Shown here one piece after another: positions 22,745 to 30,435 of a stretch of DNA of 32,000 nt. The stretch spans positions 1 through 32,000 of the forward strand of contig JANQNC010000001.1 of NCBI GenBank assembly GCA_028279745.1, in the 5' to 3' direction. The position numbers were made by a program, and so were the translations under genes. Origin of the DNA: Candidatus Nanoarchaeia archaeon (GTDB lineage Archaea > Nanobdellota > Nanobdellia > Woesearchaeales > JANQNC01). Position 1 is the stretch's first letter. Each line of letters opens with the position of its first letter. Below the pieces are notes generated by a model. It did no database searches. It was not told the origin of the DNA and saw only the letters and a program-made list of their open reading frames with translations.

Positions 22745-25573
22745 ATGAAAAAAATATTATTTGCATTAACATTCTTGATCTGTGTAGCTATAGCTTTAGC
22801 GCAGGAACCTTTGCCTGAATATGATCCAGAAACATTTGATTATTCAACAGGAGATGTTTATAGTATAGATAACTGGGATCAGCTAACTGCAGAACAGTTC
22901 GATCAGCTTTATGGCAATCCAAAATTTAGCTTATCATCTAATTCACTTGGAAGCTCAGAAGAGTTTGACAGAATAATAAACAATCCAAACTTTGACATAA
23001 CAAGACTAACATATGATAACACAAAAGACTTAGTTTCTGATAGTGATCTAGATAAAGCAAGCTTTGAGAAATTACTAACAAAAGCATCAGATGAAGGAAA
23101 ATTCACACAATCAGAAGGAGTAAAAGCGATGTTTGCAGCATCACAAGGACTAGACCCTGCAAACTTCAAAGTAGACCAGGGCTTGACAGGAGTAAAGATC
23201 GATAAAGCTCAGCTTGGAAGAACATACATGATAGATACAGGCAAAGGGACAAGTTATGACTTTGGAATTGAAACAGTTCCAGGAAGAAAAATACAATCTT
23301 TAGAGATAGATAAAGAAGGAAACATCAAGGTAACATACCAAGGAAAATCAACAACTTTCAAAGCAGGCTCAGGAGATATAACAAGAATTCCTGAATCTGA
23401 TGATAAAGGACAACCGTTCTGGGTTACACCTTCAGGAGATCATGGGCATACGTTTGCTGTGCCTGAAGATGCAGAAGAAGTAGATGTTCAAGTAAAAGAT
23501 AGACTAGATGGAATCTCTTTCCAAGAGGTTAAGATAACTGGGCAAGGAAGAACATACGATGTTGCAGTTGACATGAGGGAGCCTAGGGATTCAATAAAAC
23601 TATTTGAGTGCAGCATGGAAGATGATGGTTCATTAATCATTGATGTAGAAGACTTTGGAAAAGGGGGAAGTGTTGATGATATCACAAGAAGCAGGTTTGT
23701 AGTAAAATCAAAAGATCCAGAAACAAACATACAGCTATTCAACAGACAAGACCAGATAAGAAGAGATGAGCTAGAAGGGGTAGACGATCCGGGAGCATGG
23801 CTTCCAGGAGGGTTTGAACAGTTTGCAAGAGTTAACGGAGGAGCAGTAATAGCTTATGATTCCGTAGGCGATCAAGAAGAGTTAAACCCAGTAAGTGTAG
23901 ATGTAGATGGAAACAATCTAGAACTACAAGGAGCAAGAGGAAGCTATAGAGTTCAGACTAGCAATCTAGACTTTGACTCAGCACACTATGGTCCAGTAAG
24001 AGATGGAAAAACATTTTTGAAAGATGAAAATGGAGACTTCATAATCGAAAGACAGACTGGAGTTGCAACAGTAACGACAACATTCACGCAAGATTCTGCT
24101 CTAAACATAATAACAGAATTCAGCACAGATAAAAGCGGAAGACTTGATGTAGAAACAGCACCTCACGTTGGGGGAATGCGGTTTGATGGAGTAACACAAG
24201 ATTTCAAATTTGATGAAGCTAACGGCGAGTTAATCGAAGGAACACTTGCAAGAGGAGGAAGGTTCACATATGCACAAGCGGGAGTTGAGCATTCAGGAAG
24301 CTTGCCACTACAGTTTGGAGCAGATAGTGGAGTTACATTCCACACAGATGAGTTTGATTTTAATGAGGATGAAAACAGCGCAATACTGATCTCACAAGGA
24401 GGGGCTTTGATAAACGTGCAGCAACCAGGAACAATTAAGTTCGATGAATTCAGAATAGATGAAGGTGAAGTAGATCTATCAGTTCAAGATGAACAGACAG
24501 AACAAGAAATATTTGTGATGCCTGAAGAAGGCGAAACACCTGCAAGGATAGATACATCAGGAACAGAAACAGACTACGTCAAACTAGATTGTGGCGGCTC
24601 AAATGGCGTGACTGGAAGAGCGATAACTGGGATGCAGGTAGCATCTGGGGGTAGTTTATGTTTAGCTCCATCAACAACATACAGAAATGAATTAGGAACT
24701 GGGGGAAATTACGAACAAGGACAAAGATCAGTTGAGCATGCTGTAGATAAATTAACTTCTGGCTTTGAAGAACAATACAAAAGCCAAACAGGAGTCACTT
24801 TAACAACTGAAAGTGGAAGAACACTTTCATTAGAACTTGATAAACAATTTGTAGTTGGAGAAGGAAGAGGAGAGAAATACAACTTATACAAATACACCGA
24901 TAGAGATGGAGGTCATGACTACTCACTTTATGTTGATGAAGCTGAAGCTAAGTTTGTAACGATGTATGTGCTGCAAGATCCTAAAACAGGAAAGTATGTG
25001 GAATTAACACCTCTGAACTACAATAACATAATTAATGGACAGACAAATAATGGGTTAACATATCTTGGAAACAACCAATTAAGCTATGCTATGGCAACAA
25101 TCCCTGAACCAGAAGAATCAGATGTAATATTCACGATGCCTGAAGAACCTGCGACAGAACCTACGATAATCTCTGAAGAGCAGGAACAAGAAAATCTCGA
25201 AAGATCACGACAAGAGTTATTGGATATTTTAGGGGTTACAGAACAAAGGCCAACTGAATTAGAAGAAATACAGGAAAGGGTAAGCAGCGTACAAGAGAGT
25301 GCATGGTCTGCACCTGAGATAAGTGTTGAAGGAACAAGTGTTTTCTATAGTGGAGAAAACTCAATGGGTTTCTTTGAAACAAGTGAACTTCCAGTAAGTG
25401 CTGAAGAGTTTGAGCAGCTTCCTGCATCTGAACAAGCGAGGATAGTTAGTGATGTATATGCTAGACAGATCAGAGATGAAGAAGGCACACAGCGGATCGG
25501 GTACCAGTACTTGCGTGAAGTAGGCGAACCATTTTCTGCACTAGACAAAGCACACTTTGAGATAAGGGAATAA
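22745..25573 (+). CDS. Large secreted hypothetical protein (942 aa), acidic
   Basis: GAGGT lies upstream. Signal peptide: MKKILFALTFLICVAIALA/QEP. No recognisable catalytic motif and no C-terminal TM. Oligo-T tracts follow the gene. Confidence 0.85.
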   Translation: MKKILFALTFLICVAIALAQEPLPEYDPETFDYSTGDVYSIDNWDQLTAEQFDQLYGNPKFSLSSNSLGSSEEFDRIINNPNFDITRLTYDNTKDLVSDSDLDKASFEKLLTKASDEGKFTQSEGVKAMFAASQGLDPANFKVDQGLTGVKIDKAQLGRTYMIDTGKGTSYDFGIETVPGRKIQSLEIDKEGNIKVTYQGKSTTFKAGSGDITRIPESDDKGQPFWVTPSGDHGHTFAVPEDAEEVDVQVKDRLDGISFQEVKITGQGRTYDVAVDMREPRDSIKLFECSMEDDGSLIIDVEDFGKGGSVDDITRSRFVVKSKDPETNIQLFNRQDQIRRDELEGVDDPGAWLPGGFEQFARVNGGAVIAYDSVGDQEELNPVSVDVDGNNLELQGARGSYRVQTSNLDFDSAHYGPVRDGKTFLKDENGDFIIERQTGVATVTTTFTQDSALNIITEFSTDKSGRLDVETAPHVGGMRFDGVTQDFKFDEANGELIEGTLARGGRFTYAQAGVEHSGSLPLQFGADSGVTFHTDEFDFNEDENSAILISQGGALINVQQPGTIKFDEFRIDEGEVDLSVQDEQTEQEIFVMPEEGETPARIDTSGTETDYVKLDCGGSNGVTGRAITGMQVASGGSLCLAPSTTYRNELGTGGNYEQGQRSVEHAVDKLTSGFEEQYKSQTGVTLTTESGRTLSLELDKQFVVGEGRGEKYNLYKYTDRDGGHDYSLYVDEAEAKFVTMYVLQDPKTGKYVELTPLNYNNIINGQTNNGLTYLGNNQLSYAMATIPEPEESDVIFTMPEEPATEPTIISEEQEQENLERSRQELLDILGVTEQRPTELEEIQERVSSVQESAWSAPEISVEGTSVFYSGENSMGFFETSELPVSAEEFEQLPASEQARIVSDVYARQIRDEEGTQRIGYQYLREVGEPFSALDKAHFEIRE

Positions 25574-25579
25574 TTCCCA

Positions 25580-25596
25580 TTTTTCTTTATTTTTTT
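25580..25596 (+). terminator. Oligo-T archaeal-type terminator after the 942-aa gene
   Basis: T5 (25580-25584), T3 and T7 (25590-25596) begin 7 nt after stop 25571-25573. Oligo-T tracts are the established archaeal termination signal. Confidence 0.55.
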
Positions 25597-25626
25597 AGTA
25601 CTTATTAGGGGTGAATTTACGAAAGA

Positions 25627-25634
25627 TTTATAAA
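25627..25634 (+). promoter_or_regulatory. TATA box with CGAAAG BRE-like flank for gene 25686
   Basis: ACGAAAGATTTATAAAGG; 51 nt upstream of the ATG. Confidence 0.55.
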
Positions 25635-25685
25635 GGGCAGTTCATTCTTAGTATATTATGAAGGGGTGGTATCAGAGGAGATACC

Positions 25686-26453
25686 ATGGCATTAGGGGGA
25701 ACAATTAAAGCAATAACTGCAGTTCTACTAGCTTATAGTATATCATTTTCTCAAGATTTGAAAGTAACCCTGCAGAATGTTGGTGAAGTATTCAATTTCA
25801 GAATTGAAAATGGGAAGTTAGCTTATGATAATCCATTAATAACTGATGCTGACCAAATAATCGGGTTGGCTAAACCAGTCTATAAAGCGCTGACAGGACA
25901 AGAAAGATTGCCTGCAATAAAGTTTGTATCTCACCAAGAGATGAAGAAAAGGATAAGCGAACATGAATGTGTAAGAGATGACAGAGGTCATGCAGAATTC
26001 TACTCAAGAAAGAAAGATTCACTTTTCATAAAAAATAATGATCTTAAATATGTAATACATGCGCTATTCCATGGATTAGGGCATTACAGTAAACAAGACT
26101 TATCAAAAGGAAGAGGTCTTGAGGGTATGATGCATGAAGAGCTTGCATCAATAGGTTTGGATAGGGCGGCAGTAGAATTTCTAAAAAACTATATCAGGCT
26201 AGACAACGATCCAAATAAGAAAGGGATAAATCTAGGAAAAATAGCATTCTCTAAAGTTACCTCTCCGTTGCTTTATGTCTCTGATCAAGTTTTGAACAAG
26301 TTGAAAGAAGAAAAAGGGACTTTTTTACAAGCATACAAAATAGCAGCAAAAAAATCAAACTATCATAAGATGGTTAACTATATGAAGCGTGTTCCTGTTT
26401 ATCATAAACTTAAGAACAAAAAAGTGAGATCAAAATCGTATAATAGGTTCTAA
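25686..26453 (+). CDS. Hypothetical protein with N-terminal hydrophobic segment and a degenerate metzincin-like motif HALFHGLGH
   Basis: It has its own TTTATAAA (25627-25634). N-terminus: MALGGTIKAITAVLLAYSISFS. The motif at 26058-26084 is H-A-x-x-H-x-x-G-H. The C-terminus is basic. Confidence 0.75.
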   Translation: MALGGTIKAITAVLLAYSISFSQDLKVTLQNVGEVFNFRIENGKLAYDNPLITDADQIIGLAKPVYKALTGQERLPAIKFVSHQEMKKRISEHECVRDDRGHAEFYSRKKDSLFIKNNDLKYVIHALFHGLGHYSKQDLSKGRGLEGMMHEELASIGLDRAAVEFLKNYIRLDNDPNKKGINLGKIAFSKVTSPLLYVSDQVLNKLKEEKGTFLQAYKIAAKKSNYHKMVNYMKRVPVYHKLKNKKVRSKSYNRF

Positions 26454-26480
26454 ACCATTCTGAATATATTAAACATAACG

Positions 26481-26504
26481 TTTATAAAAGATAACTGCCA
26501 GAAT
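26481..26504 (+). promoter_or_regulatory. Cassette-2 promoter: TTTATAAA-N7-TGCCAGAAT
   Basis: TATA at 26481-26488, a 7-nt spacer, then TGCCAGAAT at 26496-26504. This parallels cassette 1. Confidence 0.6.
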
Positions 26505-26529
26505 CAGCACTAAAAGAGGATGGCAGAGT

Positions 26530-27513
26530 ATGAAAAAACAAGGGATCATATTTAGTGTAATAGGTGTAGTGATTGTCATTGTAGGGGTGATCTATTTCTT
26601 AGGTTTATCTCAGTCAGATTATGAATGGGAAAAATATGATGCAGAAACTCCAGAAGGGATTGCAGTTTCAACTAAGATAAAAGAATGTCTCGATCTGAAA
26701 GTTAGAGATGCGATAATGTTGACTGGGCTACAAGGCGGGTATACTGAAGTAAAATCAAACTATTTGGAGACACAACACTCAAACGTTTCTTACTATTATA
26801 ACGATGGTCAGATAACTGTTCCTTCTATAGATGTTATTGAGAACGAGATGGAAAATTATATTAGTAAAAATGTTGGGGAATGTGTAAAAGATTTTGAATC
26901 CACAAGCACTCCAAAACTAGATGTAAGGATTAATGTACTTTCAGGCATGGTCGCAGCACTTAACTATTCAATAAAGGTAGGGGAAGAGAGTCTAGATGTT
27001 TTTCATGTAAGTTATAGTTATCCTGTTGGCACGATGAGAAATGTGGCAGAGGAAATAATCGGTAAAGTTTCAGAATACCCTCAGATGATACCCCAGTCAG
27101 ACATAGTTACATCGGGCAGAAAATACAAATTGGATGTTAACACATTCAATTACGGCAGTGAGGATGTAGTTTATGTTATAGAGGATACGAAAAATATGGT
27201 GGGAGCAGATGCACCTTTGATGTTACTTTTTGCCGTAAGAAGCACAAAAGGGAACACACCTCCAGAAATATTTTTGATTAATCAGACACAATTGAATGGG
27301 GTCGTGGGGGAGCAGATGCTGATACAGCTTGACTCTTATGATGCAGATAATGACCTTGTAAAGTTTGATGATGATAGCGATATGTTTGATATAAACACAT
27401 ACACTGGAGAGATAGACTTTGTTCCATACGCTGCAGGGGAACATAAAATTATAATAACTGCAACAGATGGAGTTTACACGATAGATAACGAGATTGTGAT
27501 AAGGGTGAAGTAG
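26530..27513 (+). CDS. Paralog of 21609..22655: N-terminally anchored extracellular protein with C-terminal cadherin-like Ig domain
   Basis: N-terminus: MKKQGIIFSVIGVVIVIVGVIYFLG. It shares GIAVS, GLQGGYTEV, YYYNDGQ, NVLSGMVAALNY, PLMLLFAV and TGEIDFVP...TATDG with the paralog, collinear along the full length. Confidence 0.85.
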   Translation: MKKQGIIFSVIGVVIVIVGVIYFLGLSQSDYEWEKYDAETPEGIAVSTKIKECLDLKVRDAIMLTGLQGGYTEVKSNYLETQHSNVSYYYNDGQITVPSIDVIENEMENYISKNVGECVKDFESTSTPKLDVRINVLSGMVAALNYSIKVGEESLDVFHVSYSYPVGTMRNVAEEIIGKVSEYPQMIPQSDIVTSGRKYKLDVNTFNYGSEDVVYVIEDTKNMVGADAPLMLLFAVRSTKGNTPPEIFLINQTQLNGVVGEQMLIQLDSYDADNDLVKFDDDSDMFDINTYTGEIDFVPYAAGEHKIIITATDGVYTIDNEIVIRVK

Positions 27514-27516
27514 AAC

Positions 27517-29526
27517 ATGAAAAAAATATTGGTCGTATTGGTGATGATCTTATCAGTTTTTACAGCGTATGCACAAGTAAATGATGATGAATATAAAGAT
27601 GATTTGATTGAAGGAGGAGATGATGCTCTATTTTACTCTGAACTCAATAGTGTAGAAGGTATGAATGTGCAGCTTAGTGAAGACGGTGTTGAGTTATACA
27701 GTCCAGATAACGGGCATGAAGCAAACCTTACTTTGATGAAAGATTTTCACGGAAGGATCGCAGCTTTTAAACTAGCCAATGAAGGCAGGGCGATCATAAG
27801 ATCAAGCGCAACTCAGGATAGCGGTGTTGAGTACGCGATAGAAGGTGCAAACATTTGGGGAGAGTTGGTGTCAGGAAAATTAGCGAGAATAAAATTTGAC
27901 GCAGGAAGAGTAATCCTAAAAAAATATGGAGTTGTAAGTTATGTTTTTGAAAGTAAAGCAGAACATGAAATAGCAACTTCAACAAATCATCTGAGAAGAG
28001 ATGCATATGGATATCTGGTTCTTAATGAAGCGGGGGTTAGCGAGTTAAGTTCAAGAGACGCGCGTATCAATGGGTATGTTATAAGGGCAAACAAAATATT
28101 CTTACCTTATTACGAAATAGAAACTCAAGATTCACAGACAAGGATAAGGTTTGAGTTTGATGAGTCAATAAGCAATGCAGAATTAGGTTCTACTTACGTT
28201 AGTGGGGCAAAAAATACAAAAAATCTAAATCAGATAAAAAAGATCAAAGGGATGAATATATCTGAAGAATTCAGCATAAAATACAGAACTGATGCATTAA
28301 GAGGGAAAGAAGGTTCTTTGGTTGTAGTTCAAGATCTTGGAGCTTATGTTAATGCAACTGATGAAGGAACAAACAAGACTTTTATCGTAAATAGACTAAC
28401 TGATAGAATATACGCTTACCAAAATTCAACAAGAGGGAATGTTGTATTCTACGATTTTATAACAGATGAAGGTGCGGAAAAATTGGTAGTCAAACCTTCT
28501 GACGAGGTAGGGGGAAGATCAGGAGAGATTTTAGAGACTGTAAAATCGGTCCATAACGATGTCAGGAATCCTGAAAGGCTTACTTTGATGAGCAGTTATT
28601 ATAACACTAAGCAAGCAATCAAAAGTTTAAGAGAGGATATAGGGGGTATAGAGTATAAACTGGATGCGTTACCTGAAGAAATTAAAGAAGCAGAGTCACT
28701 AGAAACATTAAACAAAAGAAAAAGAAGTTATGAACAAAGGCTGGATAGGTATAAGAACACGAATGAAACAGTATTTTTCTCACCAACAGATTTAAGTTTG
28801 CTGTGGGTGGATGGGACTGAGTATGTTAAAGAAGGAAGCTCACCATACCTTTATGTGTCAGATAATAAAAAATACTTTTTGTATAACCCTTTAGATGGGG
28901 ATGCAAAGAAACTAGATAAGAATGGTGCAAGTGCAGAAAGAGGAAGACATGAGACAGAAATAAAAATTGATAGTTATGATGAAGACTCTGTTTTGAGTAA
29001 ACAAGAGTTAGAAAATGAGCTAAGTAACAATAAGAAAAGATTAAGATCGGCAGAAACCCAGTTGGAGTACAAGTATGCGGATCTAGAAAATTATTTTGAA
29101 GCTTGGGCAAAACTGCAGGTTATGGAGATATACGCATCTGAAAATGATTATAATAATTTGCGTCTTGCAGAACGGGCAATACGTAATTCTGGTCTAAGCA
29201 AGGGAGATAAAGAGAAGGCAGTCTATAAGGTGGGTAGAACACACATTAAAAGTAGAGAGTTTTGGAACCTTGCGTGGGCAGGCACATACATACAGAGGCT
29301 ATCGGAGAGAACAGACCCTCTGGGCATAAAAGAGTACAAAGAAACAGTGTTAATCCTGATAAATACAACTTTGAATGGGCGACCAGGCAGATTAAATAAA
29401 TGTTTAGAAGAGTTTAGCCTGATGCTACCTGAAAACGAAGAAGACATCGATAAACCAGGATACTTTGGTCATGACCGAGCATTTCTAGCTGATTATGCAG
29501 TAAGGGTGGTGTGTAAATCTGAATAA
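27517..29526 (+). CDS. Large secreted hypothetical protein (669 aa)
   Basis: The start lies 3 nt after the upstream stop, with GGGTGA as SD. Signal peptide: MKKILVVLVMILSVFTAYA/QV. It occupies the same position in its cassette as the 942-aa gene, but I see no clear sequence similarity beyond the signal peptide. Confidence 0.85.
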   Translation: MKKILVVLVMILSVFTAYAQVNDDEYKDDLIEGGDDALFYSELNSVEGMNVQLSEDGVELYSPDNGHEANLTLMKDFHGRIAAFKLANEGRAIIRSSATQDSGVEYAIEGANIWGELVSGKLARIKFDAGRVILKKYGVVSYVFESKAEHEIATSTNHLRRDAYGYLVLNEAGVSELSSRDARINGYVIRANKIFLPYYEIETQDSQTRIRFEFDESISNAELGSTYVSGAKNTKNLNQIKKIKGMNISEEFSIKYRTDALRGKEGSLVVVQDLGAYVNATDEGTNKTFIVNRLTDRIYAYQNSTRGNVVFYDFITDEGAEKLVVKPSDEVGGRSGEILETVKSVHNDVRNPERLTLMSSYYNTKQAIKSLREDIGGIEYKLDALPEEIKEAESLETLNKRKRSYEQRLDRYKNTNETVFFSPTDLSLLWVDGTEYVKEGSSPYLYVSDNKKYFLYNPLDGDAKKLDKNGASAERGRHETEIKIDSYDEDSVLSKQELENELSNNKKRLRSAETQLEYKYADLENYFEAWAKLQVMEIYASENDYNNLRLAERAIRNSGLSKGDKEKAVYKVGRTHIKSREFWNLAWAGTYIQRLSERTDPLGIKEYKETVLILINTTLNGRPGRLNKCLEEFSLMLPENEEDIDKPGYFGHDRAFLADYAVRVVCKSE

Positions 29527-29546
29527 GATTTACTCTAATAGAAATC

Positions 29547-29554
29547 TTTAAAAG
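29547..29554 (+). promoter_or_regulatory. TATA-like box upstream of the zinc-ribbon / metG operon leader
   Basis: TTTAAAAG; 28 nt upstream of the first ATG (29583) and 133 nt upstream of ATG 29688. Confidence 0.4.
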
Positions 29555-29687
29555 ATAGCAGTCATAATTCTAGTATAATTTTATGGAGGCAACAAAATGG
29601 CACTAGAGGCAGCGGAAATCAAAGATTTCCGGGCTTTTAAAATTTAAGACAAGCGAGGTGATAAAAATTTTAAAAGAACCTAATTCG

Positions 29688-30092
29688 ATGGATGAATGTT
29701 TATATTTTACAAGAAGAACGGAAGGAGATAAAGGCCACATAATGGCATGGGCGTTTAAGAAAAAGTGTCCAAAGTGCGGAGCTTTGATGGGAAAACCCGT
29801 AGAAAAAGGCAAAGTAAAGATCAGAGCAAAAGAGTATGTATGCGGAGAATGTGGGTATACAGAAGAGAAAGCAGAACATGAGGCAAGTCTTACTGTATCA
29901 GTAAAGTATACCTGCCCAAAGTGTGAGCATAAAGGCGAAGAAGAGATACCATTCAAAAGAAAAGCATTCCAAGGAACACAAGCATTTGTGTTTAATTGTT
30001 CAGAATGTGGTGAGAAAATAGGAATCACCAAAAAAATGAAAGCGCCAAAAAGCAAAAAGAAGAAAGCAGAAGTTGATCCGGAGGATATGTAA
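29688..30092 (+). CDS. Tandem zinc-ribbon protein (four CxxC pairs) with Lys-rich tail
   Basis: ORF track gives 29658..30092 (GTG); the first in-frame ATG is at 29688 (MDECLYF...). CPKC...CGEC and CPKC...CSEC form two zinc ribbons. Tail: KKMKAPKSKKKKAE. Confidence 0.7.
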   Translation: MDECLYFTRRTEGDKGHIMAWAFKKKCPKCGALMGKPVEKGKVKIRAKEYVCGECGYTEEKAEHEASLTVSVKYTCPKCEHKGEEEIPFKRKAFQGTQAFVFNCSECGEKIGITKKMKAPKSKKKKAEVDPEDM

Positions 30093-30093
30093 A

Positions 30094-30435
30094 ATGGAAC
30101 CACTTATTGGAGAATCATTGAAAAGATTCTTGTTAAAACTGGGGAAGTTAAGAGGAGCAAAAATAACCATTAATGGCGAAGAAGAAAAAGGAGCATTCCA
30201 TAATGGGGAAGCAGTGTACAGAATTATTGAAGGACAGTATGGCTTGAGAGAGGTGCCAACGAAAGACATAACTGTAGAAAAGAACTTTGGAAAACGTAAT
30301 GACAAGATGAAGATTACTCTTCTGTTTGAGGAAGAGAGGAAAACACATGATGATAAAGGGAATGAAACAGGAAAACAGCAAATACAGCATAAAGTTGAGT
30401 TGGAATTCCATCTGATGGAGGCACTATCATTATGA
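30094..30435 (+). CDS. Small hypothetical protein (113 aa)
   Basis: ORF track gives 30073..30435 (TTG). I prefer ATG 30094, preceded by GGAGGA (30080-30085), 1 nt after the upstream stop. The stop forms an ATGA overlap with metG. Confidence 0.6.
   Translation: MEPLIGESLKRFLLKLGKLRGAKITINGEEEKGAFHNGEAVYRIIEGQYGLREVPTKDITVEKNFGKRNDKMKITLLFEEERKTHDDKGNETGKQQIQHKVELEFHLMEALSL

Noticed and set aside
29603-30411. Minus-strand ORFs of 166, 101 and 87 aa opposite the zinc-ribbon gene and the small ORF
   Set aside because: The plus-strand genes have CxxC zinc-ribbon motifs, SD sites and coupled junctions leading into metG. The antisense products are low-complexity.
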